From Myxococcota bacterium (GTDB lineage Bacteria > Myxococcota > JACRCW01): DNA of 64,000 nt. The stretch spans positions 25,006 to 89,005 of the forward strand of contig JBFMGU010000006.1 in the NCBI GenBank assembly GCA_040752415.1, read 5' to 3'. This document shows positions 39,415-49,170 of this stretch, piece by piece. Positions within the stretch are counted from its first letter, which is position 1; each line of letters starts with the position of its first letter. The translations under genes were made by a program, and so were the position numbers. The notes under the pieces were generated by a model that searched no databases, was not told the origin of the DNA, and was given only the letters and a program-made list of their open reading frames with translations.

Positions 39415-40233
39415 GTGTTGGCGTTGTGGATAGGCACCTTGGTGGTGGCGGGCGCGGTGACGCAGGACGCGTCGGTGGCGGTGTTCCCACTGCGAGCGGA
39501 AGCGGAGCTGAAGGAGAGCGTGGCGCGGCTGCTGACGGAGTCGCTGGTGGAACAGGTGCGCAAGAGCGGAAGGTTCTCCCGGGTGGTGACGCCGCAGGAG
39601 ATTGCCGCCACCATGCCCGCGCAGCAGCAGACCGTGATCATGGAGTGCGCTCGCAGCGAGTGCGGGATGGTGGACACGGAGCTGGCCGGGGCGTTGGGGG
39701 CAACCCACGTGCTGGTGGGGACGGCGGGGCGGCTGGGGAGCACCTACGTGCTGGCCTTGCGGCTCCTGGAGCTGCGGAGCGCACTGGTGGTGGCGTCGGT
39801 CACCGAGAACGTGAGCGGCAGCGGTGATGAGGTCCTGTTGCGTGCGCTGCCGCGGATGGTGTCCCACCTGCTGGGGCAAGCCGGGTTGATGCAGACGCAC
39901 GTCGTGACGTCCCCGGAGTCCACTCGTCCTCCCCTCCGACCCGCGCTGTGGAGCGTGGGCGCCGTGACCGGCCTGGGCGCCGTGGCGGGCCTGGTGCTCG
40001 CGGGCGGTCTCGGCGTGGCCGGCGTGGGATGGATGTGGCTGACCTATTCCGTGACCCCGCGCTTCGCTCGCCTCCTGCCCGTGGGGCCGCTGGAAGACGA
40101 CACCGCGCTGCTGGCGCGACTGGTCGGACCGGCGTCCATCCTGTTCGTGCTCGGTGCTGGCGTGGCGGTGCTGGGATTGGTGCTGGGCGGCGTGGCGGTG
40201 GGTACTGTGGCTGCCGGCTTGGGAATGGAGTGA
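39415..40233 (+). CDS. Exported CsgG-like domain protein with C-terminal TM helices
   Basis: VAVFPL; LTESL....RKSG.F; C...C; LGA.HVLVG..GRLG..Y...LRL; start uncertain. Confidence 0.7.
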   Translation: MLALWIGTLVVAGAVTQDASVAVFPLRAEAELKESVARLLTESLVEQVRKSGRFSRVVTPQEIAATMPAQQQTVIMECARSECGMVDTELAGALGATHVLVGTAGRLGSTYVLALRLLELRSALVVASVTENVSGSGDEVLLRALPRMVSHLLGQAGLMQTHVVTSPESTRPPLRPALWSVGAVTGLGAVAGLVLAGGLGVAGVGWMWLTYSVTPRFARLLPVGPLEDDTALLARLVGPASILFVLGAGVAVLGLVLGGVAVGTVAAGLGME

Positions 40234-40241
40234 AGCCGCTC

Positions 40242-42008
40242 ATGACCCGACGGTGGCTACCGGTGATCCTGGCAAGCCTTGCGGCATGGGGCTGTCCCAG
40301 CACGGAACAAGCGTGCGACACCACGGAAGACTGTTTTGCGGGAACGGAGTGCGGCCCCGACGGGCGGTGTCATCGCATCACGTCGTCATCGCTTTCCTCC
40401 ACGTCGGCCACGTCCTCTTCGGGCTCCGCGGCATCCTCCGCCACAAGCTCCGCCTCGGCGTCGTCGTCCTCTTCTGCCTCATCGGCCGCGGTGGGGACCT
40501 CAACGTCGTCCTCATCGTCCGGCGCCTCGGGGGTGGCCTCGACGAACAGCGCCACCACGACCAGCACCTCCCAGGCGGCCTCTTCCAGCAGCAGCTCCAG
40601 CGGCCAGAGCACCTCCCTCTCCACGGCAGCGTCGTCGACAACGTCCTCCTCGTCGTCGTCCACGGGCGCCACGTCATCCGCCTCCGCCGCGGCCACATCC
40701 ACGAGCGGCGGGACAACCACGTCTTCGGCGGCCGTTTCCTCGTCGTCCTCGTCGTCCTCGTCGTCGTCCTCGTCGTCCTCGTCGTCCTCGTCGTCTTCTT
40801 CGTCGTCCTCGTCCAGCAGCGGGTGGGCGGTGAGCAGCTCGTCGTCCGGGCAGCCACACTGCGGGGGCCCGCCGGCATTCACGGATGACTTTTCCAGCAC
40901 CTATGTGGACAGCGCTCGCTGGGTCGTCACGGCGGAGGGCGTTTCGGTCAACCAGTTTTCCTCCAAGCTCTCCGTCTACTTTCCCGCCAACGGCGAGCAG
41001 GATCCCCACGGCGGCGTGACCACGACGCTGCGGTACGACGTCAGGGGCTCGTATGCGTCGGTGAAGGTCGACTCGGTGGGAGGCGAGCAGATCGCTCCGT
41101 CGCTCGCCATCACGGATCCGGACAACCTGGCCCGGGGCTTCATGCTGGAGCGGCAAGCCGGGGAGCTGGTGTTCATGGTGGACGGGGTCGAGCAGGCGCG
41201 CGCGGCCTTCGTCCCAGGCACGGATGTGTGGTGGCGGATCCGGGAGGCGTCCGGCGTGGTGTACTGCGACACGTCGGCTGACGGGGCCAACTGGGCAACG
41301 CGCTTGTCGGTGATTTCCTCCCAGAGTGCATTGGACCTGTCCCGCGCCGTGGTGGCGTTGCAGGCGCGGCACCTGTCGGGCGGGCCGGGTGATGGCAGCT
41401 CGGCAAGGTTCACCAACTACAACGGCGGGGGCGTACCCGCGGAGCCGTTCTGCCCAAGTCTTTCGTTCTCGCAGGACCTGACCCGGCCCCTGCCCGATCC
41501 GGACTTCACCTTCGAGGGGACGTGCCCCATCGCCGCCACGCCAGGCGGACTGAGCTTCACCATTCCCGGCACGGCGTGCTCCAGCGCCTATTCATCCGCC
41601 ACGGCCTACAATCTCGTGGACTCCGCGGTGTTCGTGGAGCTCTCCGACGGCACGAACGCGAGCGCGTACATGGGGCTGGAAGTGAGGACCGCGGACGGGC
41701 TGTACGCGGCGTCGTTCTCCCGGGTCAGTGGTGGTGGGTTCTACGAAGCGCGGACCATCGTGCCCGGCATGTCCTCGCCGGTCCGGAGCGATATGCTGGG
41801 AGGGGTCCAACACCTCTGGCTCAAGATCGCGCAGGAGGGCACGCTGCTCGTCTGGTACTACAGCAGCGACGGGCTCACCTGGATCGCATTCGCCAGCACC
41901 ATCGCGGACACGCCGTTCTCGGACGTGCGGATCAAGCTGTTCTTCTCGAGCAACGGCCAGCCCAACGGGTCCAGCGCGCTCTTCAACCACCTGAACACGT
42001 CGCCGTGA
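40242..42008 (+). CDS. Ser-rich lipoprotein with two concanavalin-like beta-sandwich repeats
   Basis: AWGC lipobox; Cys knot; long Ser tract; WWRIRE..G.V...TS.DG.NW and WLKIAQ.G..L...YS.DG.TW. Confidence 0.8.
   Translation: MTRRWLPVILASLAAWGCPSTEQACDTTEDCFAGTECGPDGRCHRITSSSLSSTSATSSSGSAASSATSSASASSSSSASSAAVGTSTSSSSSGASGVASTNSATTTSTSQAASSSSSSSGQSTSLSTAASSTTSSSSSSTGATSSASAAATSTSGGTTTSSAAVSSSSSSSSSSSSSSSSSSSSSSSSSSSSGWAVSSSSSGQPHCGGPPAFTDDFSSTYVDSARWVVTAEGVSVNQFSSKLSVYFPANGEQDPHGGVTTTLRYDVRGSYASVKVDSVGGEQIAPSLAITDPDNLARGFMLERQAGELVFMVDGVEQARAAFVPGTDVWWRIREASGVVYCDTSADGANWATRLSVISSQSALDLSRAVVALQARHLSGGPGDGSSARFTNYNGGGVPAEPFCPSLSFSQDLTRPLPDPDFTFEGTCPIAATPGGLSFTIPGTACSSAYSSATAYNLVDSAVFVELSDGTNASAYMGLEVRTADGLYAASFSRVSGGGFYEARTIVPGMSSPVRSDMLGGVQHLWLKIAQEGTLLVWYYSSDGLTWIAFASTIADTPFSDVRIKLFFSSNGQPNGSSALFNHLNTSP
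40737..40814 (+). repeat. Coding microsatellite (TCG/TCC)n, poly-Ser
   Basis: Near-perfect TCGTCGTCC repetition encoding a run of more than 20 Ser. Confidence 0.85.
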
Positions 42009-42285
42009 CGGGCGCAGCGACGGCAATCCGGCGGACCTGGCCCCCTTCACGCGTGGCGGTGATGACCCCGTGACCACAGTACGGAGCCGTTCCGTGCCCG
42101 CGTCGGTCATCAGCGACGCGCCATGGATGTCCAGCGTGTACCTTGGATGCCCACGTTCCCGTGCGGCCGCCGCCGTGAACGGGTCCGCATCCCATGGCAA
42201 TCATTGATGATTCTCCCCGCGGCCTCGCGCGCCTGGGCCTGGGCACGCTCCTTGGATTGTCGGGTGGTCACAAGGAGAAACCACC

Positions 42286-42678
42286 ATGCTGACCACGCTC
42301 ACCCTCGCCCTGCTCGCCCTCACCGCGGAGCCGCACGCGCCCACGTGCGGTGAGGTCGCCGCGCACCAGGCCGCGCTCCTCTCCCGCAACCTGGCGCCCC
42401 TCTCCCGTCCCACCATGACGACGGAGCTGGAAGCGCAGTGCCGCGAGGAGGCGTTCAGCGTTGCGCTCCGTCGGTGCGTGGTCTCCGCGCGCAGCTTCAC
42501 CGCCGCGCAGCGCTGCACCGCGCCCACCCCGGAGATCGTCGTCGACGGGAGCACGCCCTCCCTCTTCTTCGCCCTGCCCCGCCCGGACCGGGTCATCCGC
42601 ATCGCGCGGGCCACGCTGCCGCAGCCGTCCGCACCGGAGACCACGCGCACGGTTTCTGCCGGGGCACCGCGTCGCTGA
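42286..42678 (+). CDS. Small secreted Cys-containing protein
   Basis: AAGGAG RBS; signal peptide; C...H, C.....W/F-like spacing of four Cys. Confidence 0.6.
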   Translation: MLTTLTLALLALTAEPHAPTCGEVAAHQAALLSRNLAPLSRPTMTTELEAQCREEAFSVALRRCVVSARSFTAAQRCTAPTPEIVVDGSTPSLFFALPRPDRVIRIARATLPQPSAPETTRTVSAGAPRR

Positions 42679-42753
42679 GGGGCGTCTCGACGCCTGCGCT
42701 CGCCGTGTCCTCCAGCAATTCCGACGACGAGCGGGTACCCGGACGGGTCCGCC

Positions 42754-43422
42754 TCACGCCTCCCGACGGCGGTACCGGCGCGACCAGACCGCGATGAGCG
42801 GCGTGATGACGACGGTGGGCGCCAGCCACGCCGCCAGCATCCACTCCCCCGGCAGCACGCGGTTGGCGTTGGTGACCAGGAACGCGGTGAGCGTGGCGAT
42901 GCAGGAGATGAGCATGGCGCCCAGGTGCTCCCGCAGCCACCAGCCCTTCTCCGAGGGAACCGCGCGCATCCGTCGGAGCTGCGGCACCGCCACCAAGAGC
43001 CCGAGCGGCACGAAGGTCATGCCCAGCACGTAGCCCACGCGCACCGACTGGACCCCCAGGGCCACCGTGGCCACGACGAGCATCAGCGGGAGCACGTGGT
43101 CCACCACCACGCGGTGCGGCGCGGTCCGCGTCTTCTGGCGCAGCACCCTCACGCCGTAGAAGGCGGTGGTGAGCGACATCAGGCCCACGTAGCCCAGGAA
43201 CAACACGCCCATGGGATTGCGCTCCGGGTTGTGCACCAGGCGCAGCGGCACCACGCAGAACGTGGTCAGCGCGGCCACCATCATGGCCGCCACGTAGGCC
43301 ACGCCCACGCGTCGGTGCACCGTGTTGCCCTTGGTGACGACGAGCGGGACCCAGAAGGTGGCCAGCGCAACGCCACCGGCGATGACGTGCAGGGCAATCA
43401 GCGCATCCATCAGCGTCGACAC
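42754..43422 (-). CDS. DUF2306-like membrane protein
   Basis: LHV.AG..AL; KG...HRR.G..Y; W..EH...M....IA..TAF. Confidence 0.85.
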   Translation of the reverse strand: MSTLMDALIALHVIAGGVALATFWVPLVVTKGNTVHRRVGVAYVAAMMVAALTTFCVVPLRLVHNPERNPMGVLFLGYVGLMSLTTAFYGVRVLRQKTRTAPHRVVVDHVLPLMLVVATVALGVQSVRVGYVLGMTFVPLGLLVAVPQLRRMRAVPSEKGWWLREHLGAMLISCIATLTAFLVTNANRVLPGEWMLAAWLAPTVVITPLIAVWSRRYRRREA

Positions 43423-43447
43423 GCGTCACCTGGAGTCCGGGCGCGGC

Positions 43448-43954
43448 TCAGCCGCCGTCGGCGACACCGCCGTCGCGCGGGGCGGGCAGCTGGTCGCCGG
43501 GCAGCGCGCCCCCCGCGATCCAGGCGCGGATCAGGGCAATGCGCTCGTCGGACAGGCGCGTGCCGATGGGCATGCGGGAGCCCCCGCCGCTGGGTGGACG
43601 GTCCACGACCTTGATGTACAGGAAGCTCTCCTCGGGGACGCCGGGCTTCACCTGCGGGAAGTCGCTCTTGATGGCGTTGGCGCCCTGGCCGTCCGGCCCC
43701 AGCAGCGCCTGGTAGGCCGCGCCCGCCACCAGGCTGAGCTGGCCAGCGGGGTTGGCGCTGCCGTCGTGGCAGTCGGCGCACTCCGGCGTGAAGATGGTGG
43801 CCTGGATGTTGTTGAAGGTGGGGGGGCCCGCGTCGGGGGCGGCCGTGCCCGCGTCGGAATCCCCGCCGGAGGACGAGCCTCCCGAGCCGGTGGTGGGCCC
43901 ACACGCCACCGCGGCCATCACCAGCGCCATCCCTGCCCAGCCCGCAGCCTTCAT
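43448..43954 (-). CDS. Cytochrome c lipoprotein
   Basis: AVAC lipobox; CADCH heme motif; PG.PE.S.L; MP....L....I..WI..GA. Confidence 0.88.
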   Translation of the reverse strand: MKAAGWAGMALVMAAVACGPTTGSGGSSSGGDSDAGTAAPDAGPPTFNNIQATIFTPECADCHDGSANPAGQLSLVAGAAYQALLGPDGQGANAIKSDFPQVKPGVPEESFLYIKVVDRPPSGGGSRMPIGTRLSDERIALIRAWIAGGALPGDQLPAPRDGGVADGG

Positions 43955-44009
43955 GCCGTGCTCCTCACCCCCTCGGGGAGGGGAAGGAAACCGTGCGCCC
44001 GGGCGGCCG

Positions 44010-46286
44010 TCAATTCACCGCGCCCGCCGGCAGACGGTCCAGCACACGCCTCAGCGCCTCCCGCAGCTCCTCCGGGCGGAAGGGTTTGCGCAGGAAGGCC
44101 GCGTGCCCCCGGCGCCCCACCTCGTCGGTGATGTGGTCCTCGGTGTAGCCGCTCATCAGGATCACCCGCGCCTTGGGGTCCAGCTCCAGCAAGCCGCGCA
44201 ACACCTCCAGCCCACCCATGCCGGGCATGGTGAGGTCCACCACCGCGGCGCTGATGCGCCCCCGTTCACGCGCGTACAGCTCCAGCGCCTCCGCGCCGTG
44301 ACGCGCCTGCAGCACCGTGAGCCCGGAGCGTTGCAGCACGCTGGCCACCAGGGCGCGCACGCCTTCCTCGTCGTCGACCACCAGGATGGTGCCTTGCGCG
44401 GTGAAGGGCGGCGGCGTGGGACGACGCGCGGGCTCGGACACCCCCTCCGCCACCGGCAGCAGCAGGCGGAAGACCGAGCCGGCGCCGGGAGCGCTCTCCA
44501 CGCGCAGGGCGCCCCGGTGCGCGCGCACAATGCCCAGCACCGCCGCCAGGCCCAGGCCGCGCCCGGCGAACTTGGTGCTGAAGAACGGCTCGAAGATGCG
44601 CGCGCGCGTGGCCGCGTCCATCCCGCTGCCGGTGTCCTGCACCTCCACGTAGACGCACCGCCCCGCCGCGGTGGTGATGGGTGGCTGGCACTGCGCCAGG
44701 TAACCGTGATCCACGTCCATGACGCCGGTGCGCACCGTGACCTCGCCGGGCTGCTGGGCCAGCGCCTCCACCGCGTTGATCACCAGGCTCAGGATGGCCT
44801 GGCGCACCTGCGCGGGGTCGGCCTGCACCGGAGGCAGCGTCACACCGTTCACGTGGTGCAGCGTGGCGTTGCCGCTCAGCGAGGGGCGCACCACCTTGGC
44901 CGCGTCCTCCACCAGCGTGCCCACGTCGACACGCCGCATCTCCATCCGGTTCTTCCCGGCGTAGGACAGAAGCTGCTGGCACAGCTCCGCGGCGCGCACG
45001 CTGGCGCTCTCAATGCCCTCCAGCCATTCCAGCGCAGGGTTGTCGGGCTGCAGCCCGGTGGCGGCCAGCGCCGCGTGGCCCAGGATGACGGAGAGCAGGT
45101 TGTTGAAGTCATGGGCAATGCCGCCGGCCAGCACACCCAGGCTGTCCAGCTTCTGCGCGCTGATGAGGGCCTCCTGACGACGCTGGCGGTCGGTGATGTC
45201 GCGGATCACCACCAGCATGCAGCGCTGCCCCTCCAGGGTCACGCCCTTGATGGAGGCCTCCACCGGCACGCGGTGGCCGCGCTTGTGGATGATGCGCGTC
45301 TCGTGGTGCTCACTGACCGGTCCTCCCGCCTCCCGTCGACGACGTCGCTCCAGCGCCTCCGGCACGTCCTCCGGCGCCACCACCTGCAGGTACGTGGGCC
45401 AGGCGCGCATCTCCTCCTGCGTGTAGCCGTTGATCTGGGAGAGGGCCTCGTTGGCCAGCAGGATGCGCTGGCTCGCCAGACCCACCACGCACACGCCCAG
45501 GCCCAGGTCGCTCTGCGCGCGCAGGATGGCCTCGTACAGCGCGGTCTGCCGCTGCAGCTCCTCCTGCACGCGCTTCTGCTCGCCAATGTCGCGCATGGCC
45601 ACCAGCCGCGCGGGCATCCCGTCAAACCGGCAGGAACGGGAGCAGAGCTCCAGCATCACGCGGGAACCGTCGGAGCGGATGCCCACCACCTCGTAGCGGC
45701 CCTCCAGGTTGTCCTGGAACCGACGGTTCACCTCCGGCAGGCTCTCCGGCGCCACCAGCTCACCCACCGCGCGCCCCACCAGCTGCTCCCGCGGCGCGCG
45801 GTAGATGCGCTCCATGGCCGGGTTGCACGCCACCACCCGCCCGCGCTGGGCCACCACCACGCCGTCAAACGCCGACTCCACCAGCCCCAGGTAGCGCTCC
45901 CGGCTCTCCTGCAGCTCCTCCAGCTCGGCGCGCTGCGCGGTGACGTCGCACAGCATCGAGACCACACGCTCCCCGCGGACGCGCAGCTCTTCGCGCAGCC
46001 ACATCGTCCCGCCCGCCGCACGCTGGAACCGGTACTCCAGCACGTGGCTGCCACCCGCCTGCAGCGCGCGGTGATACGCGGCGCTGGTGGCCGCGCGGTC
46101 GTCCGCGTGGACGTGGTTCAACCAGAAGCCCTGCTCCTGCAACCACCGGTCCGCGACATGACCGGTCAGCCGTTCCGTCGGCGCGCTAACATGGGTGAAG
46201 GTCCGGTCCGGCCCGTGGGCCTCCGTGACCGCCACCTCCAACTCCTCCAGCAGGTGCTCGCCTGGCCTGCCGTGCCGCGTCTCCAT
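44010..46286 (-). CDS. Multi-PAS hybrid sensor histidine kinase/response regulator
   Basis: Three PAS-like segments; LAGGIAHDFNNLL H-box; D.G.GM, FEPFFSTK, GLGL; receiver VVDDE...D..MP.M.G...KPF. Confidence 0.95.
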   Translation of the reverse strand: METRHGRPGEHLLEELEVAVTEAHGPDRTFTHVSAPTERLTGHVADRWLQEQGFWLNHVHADDRAATSAAYHRALQAGGSHVLEYRFQRAAGGTMWLREELRVRGERVVSMLCDVTAQRAELEELQESRERYLGLVESAFDGVVVAQRGRVVACNPAMERIYRAPREQLVGRAVGELVAPESLPEVNRRFQDNLEGRYEVVGIRSDGSRVMLELCSRSCRFDGMPARLVAMRDIGEQKRVQEELQRQTALYEAILRAQSDLGLGVCVVGLASQRILLANEALSQINGYTQEEMRAWPTYLQVVAPEDVPEALERRRRREAGGPVSEHHETRIIHKRGHRVPVEASIKGVTLEGQRCMLVVIRDITDRQRRQEALISAQKLDSLGVLAGGIAHDFNNLLSVILGHAALAATGLQPDNPALEWLEGIESASVRAAELCQQLLSYAGKNRMEMRRVDVGTLVEDAAKVVRPSLSGNATLHHVNGVTLPPVQADPAQVRQAILSLVINAVEALAQQPGEVTVRTGVMDVDHGYLAQCQPPITTAAGRCVYVEVQDTGSGMDAATRARIFEPFFSTKFAGRGLGLAAVLGIVRAHRGALRVESAPGAGSVFRLLLPVAEGVSEPARRPTPPPFTAQGTILVVDDEEGVRALVASVLQRSGLTVLQARHGAEALELYARERGRISAAVVDLTMPGMGGLEVLRGLLELDPKARVILMSGYTEDHITDEVGRRGHAAFLRKPFRPEELREALRRVLDRLPAGAVN

Positions 46287-46404
46287 GGCCCCTCCGCCAC
46301 CAGCCGGTAGGAGAACCCACCGCAGGTGTCAACACGAGCGGGCGCAAGCCGGGGCGCTTGACGTCGCTGGAGCAGGCCCGTGGTGCGTGCTAGCTGGGCG
46401 CGCC

Positions 46405-47448
46405 ATGAGAGCTTCCCTGCTGCCCTGGTGCGTGCTGGCCCTCGTCGTGGTGATTCCGCTGGCGTCCGCGCAGACCGAGGAGACCGAGCCGCCGCCGCGC
46501 ACGCTGGCGGAAGTGGGAACGCGCTACCAGACGGAGTGCCCGCCGCCGCTCTTCAAGCTGCAGAAGCCGGAGACGGTGAGCGCGGCGGGGCACAACTTCG
46601 TGGTGGAGGGCAGCACCATGGTGCGACAGGGCGGCCGGTGGCAGGGGCCGCTCACCATCGGCGTGCTGGGCGCGATCAAGGACGCCTCGCCGGAGACGGC
46701 GCAGAACATCAGGAAGGCGCAGGCGGAGTTCCACAAGCGCGGCGTGCAGCTGGTGGTGGCCAACGGCGACATCTCCGAGGGCGAGTTTGACCTCGAGGAT
46801 GCGTTCAAGCTGGTGGGCCGCGAGGTGAAGACGCCGGTGCTGGCCTTCATTGGCAACAGCGAGGGGAAGGGCAGCTTCACGCGTGCGTTCCTCAAGGCCC
46901 GCGCCGAGCACCCGCACCTGTTCAACATGACGTGGATGCGACACGTGGACCTGGGCGGCATCCACCTCGTGGCGCTGCCTGGCTACTACAACCTGAAGTT
47001 CCTGCACGGCCGCGCGGGCTGCCACTACCAGGAGTCGCACGTGCGGGAGCTGGGCCGGCTCGTCGACAGCCTGAACACCAAGGGAGACCTGGTCATCCTC
47101 ACCGCGCACGGTCCGCCGCAGAGCTTTGGCAAGGCCGCCATTGACGTGGCGCACGACGCCGGCAACGTGGGCGACCCGATGCTCACCGACCTCATCGAGC
47201 GCTCCGCGATCCCGTTTGGCATCTTCGGCCACATCCTGGAGGCGGGCGGGCGCGCCACCAGCGACCTCAAGCGCGGCACGCCCCTGAAGCTCCCCGTCAA
47301 GAAGCCGGTGGACAAGCTGTACTTCAACGCCGGCAGCGCCTCGGCCAGCCCGTGGGCCATGCTGGATGGCAGCCAGAGCTACGGGATGGCGGCGGTGCTC
47401 TCCATCCAGGACAAGAAGGGCACGCTGGAGTTCATCAAGCTGCGCTGA
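46405..47448 (+). CDS. Exported calcineurin-like metallophosphoesterase
   Basis: Signal peptide; NGD, GNSE, AHGPP, FGHI.E, NAG motifs; first D-x-H motif degenerate. Confidence 0.75.
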   Translation: MRASLLPWCVLALVVVIPLASAQTEETEPPPRTLAEVGTRYQTECPPPLFKLQKPETVSAAGHNFVVEGSTMVRQGGRWQGPLTIGVLGAIKDASPETAQNIRKAQAEFHKRGVQLVVANGDISEGEFDLEDAFKLVGREVKTPVLAFIGNSEGKGSFTRAFLKARAEHPHLFNMTWMRHVDLGGIHLVALPGYYNLKFLHGRAGCHYQESHVRELGRLVDSLNTKGDLVILTAHGPPQSFGKAAIDVAHDAGNVGDPMLTDLIERSAIPFGIFGHILEAGGRATSDLKRGTPLKLPVKKPVDKLYFNAGSASASPWAMLDGSQSYGMAAVLSIQDKKGTLEFIKLR

Positions 47449-47657
47449 AGTGCCCCGCCCAGGTCCCGTCCGCGTTCCTACGGCGGTTCCCGCCCAGGTC
47501 CGCCGTGGCGCCCGGTGCAACACCACGCTGACGACGTGCACCATGTCGGGGCTGCCGAACCGCGCTCTTGACACCATCCCGCCCTCCTGCTCGCCTGGCT
47601 GCGTCGTGGGAACGGGCGTGCGGACGGGCGGCGCGCCCTCCGGACCGGGAGGTGGTC

Positions 47658-49160
47658 ATGTCCGCTGAGATGAGCACGCCGCGGATCATCGTCGTGGGAA
47701 CGTTGCTGGCGCTGGTGACCGGCGGCGCGTTGATGGTGGCCACCCTGATGCTCGACTCCTGGCGCGATACCCCGAGCACGCCGGAGCGCGTGACGGTGGG
47801 CGGGCTCGCGCGCGCGGTCGGGCACTGGGTGGAGATCGCCAACGCAGTGCCGCTGTGTGAGCTGGAGGAGCGCCTCTTCTCGCGCGACCACGTACCACTG
47901 CTGGATGAGGCGACGGGACACGTGGTGACGCTGCGCCTGGAGGAGCGCTCCTTCTGCGCCAACCTCCAGCTGCCGGTGCGTGCGCTGGTGCGGACCGGGC
48001 CCAGCCCGTCGGTGGCGTCGGTGGCGCAGAAGGCCCAGGGCCTGCTCAGCGCCGAGGCACGGGGACAGGGCGGGGAGGGACGGACGTTCTCCGTCGTCGC
48101 GGGCATCCACCTCGAGGAGGACCGGGACCGCAAGCAGGAAGCGCTGCTCGGGATGCTGGGCGCCCTGCTCTTCTCCGTGGTCATGGTGGTGCTGGACGTG
48201 GTGCTGCTGATGCGGCTGCGACGTCGTCGCGCGCAGGGGGCGAGCAGCGGCGGCCGGGCGTCATCCACCGGCGTGCCGAACGCGGGCGAAGTGATCGCCT
48301 CGCTCGCCGCCAACATGGAGGTCCACCCCACCGACGCGCTCCTGCCCGGTCCCCTCAAGCTCACCGTGGCGGCGCAGCAACGTGCGCGTCGGATGCGTCA
48401 GCTGGGTGCGCCGGCCCTGCTGGCGGGTGCGGCCGTGGTGGGCCTGGGCGCGGGGTATTCCGCGCTGAGCATCGTGGCGGACGCGCTGGCGTGGCGCTCC
48501 GGCGTGGAGGTGGCGGCGCAGTCCAAGGGGAAGATCACGCGCTACCAGGCCGTGGCGGTCCAGACCGACATCGACGTGATCTACCTGCCGCCCGGCACGG
48601 AGGACGCGTCGGAGCGCAGCCCGGAGCAGGTGAGCCTGACGTTCTGGACATGGTTCGTGGGCCCCGACACGTCGCTGGGTGAGGTGCGCGTAGGCTCCGG
48701 CGGTCGCGTGGTGATCTCCGACATGGTGGACCTGTGGCCGTGGCGCGCCATCAACCCGCTGCTGCTCATCCTGGTGGTGGTGGGCCTCGCCCTCGGCGCG
48801 CGCGATGTGGTGCGCCGGTCACGGCACCTGGCGATGGTGGCGGAAGCGCCGCAGGAGGAGCTGTTCACCGTGGTGCAGATCCTGGAGCACCGCGTGAACG
48901 GTGTGCGCAACCACTGGGCCGTGCACGGCCAGGTGGCGGGCAAGGCCATGGAAGTGCGGCTGCCCGCCAGCGACGAGCCGAAGCGTCTCCTCGTCGCCAA
49001 CGCCTTCGGTCAGCTCCTGCTGGTGCGCGCGCGCAGCCACCCGGAAGCGCACACGCTGGTGCGTGATGACCTGCACCCCTTCGCGGTCGACCACGCGGGC
49101 CGGGTGCGCGCCCAGGCCATCCTCAACGCGCGCGGCTCACCCACCCGCCTCGTGGGATGA
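47658..49160 (+). CDS. Hypothetical membrane protein
   Basis: GGAGG RBS; several TM segments; GC3 bias. Confidence 0.65.
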   Translation: MSAEMSTPRIIVVGTLLALVTGGALMVATLMLDSWRDTPSTPERVTVGGLARAVGHWVEIANAVPLCELEERLFSRDHVPLLDEATGHVVTLRLEERSFCANLQLPVRALVRTGPSPSVASVAQKAQGLLSAEARGQGGEGRTFSVVAGIHLEEDRDRKQEALLGMLGALLFSVVMVVLDVVLLMRLRRRRAQGASSGGRASSTGVPNAGEVIASLAANMEVHPTDALLPGPLKLTVAAQQRARRMRQLGAPALLAGAAVVGLGAGYSALSIVADALAWRSGVEVAAQSKGKITRYQAVAVQTDIDVIYLPPGTEDASERSPEQVSLTFWTWFVGPDTSLGEVRVGSGGRVVISDMVDLWPWRAINPLLLILVVVGLALGARDVVRRSRHLAMVAEAPQEELFTVVQILEHRVNGVRNHWAVHGQVAGKAMEVRLPASDEPKRLLVANAFGQLLLVRARSHPEAHTLVRDDLHPFAVDHAGRVRAQAILNARGSPTRLVG

Positions 49161-49170
49161 CCAGGACGCC

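Noticed and set aside
40370..40900. Asp/Glu-rich minus-strand ORFs (also 2455-2763, 32767-33588, 36628-37083)
   Set aside because: They are the antisense reading of poly-Ser codon tracts.
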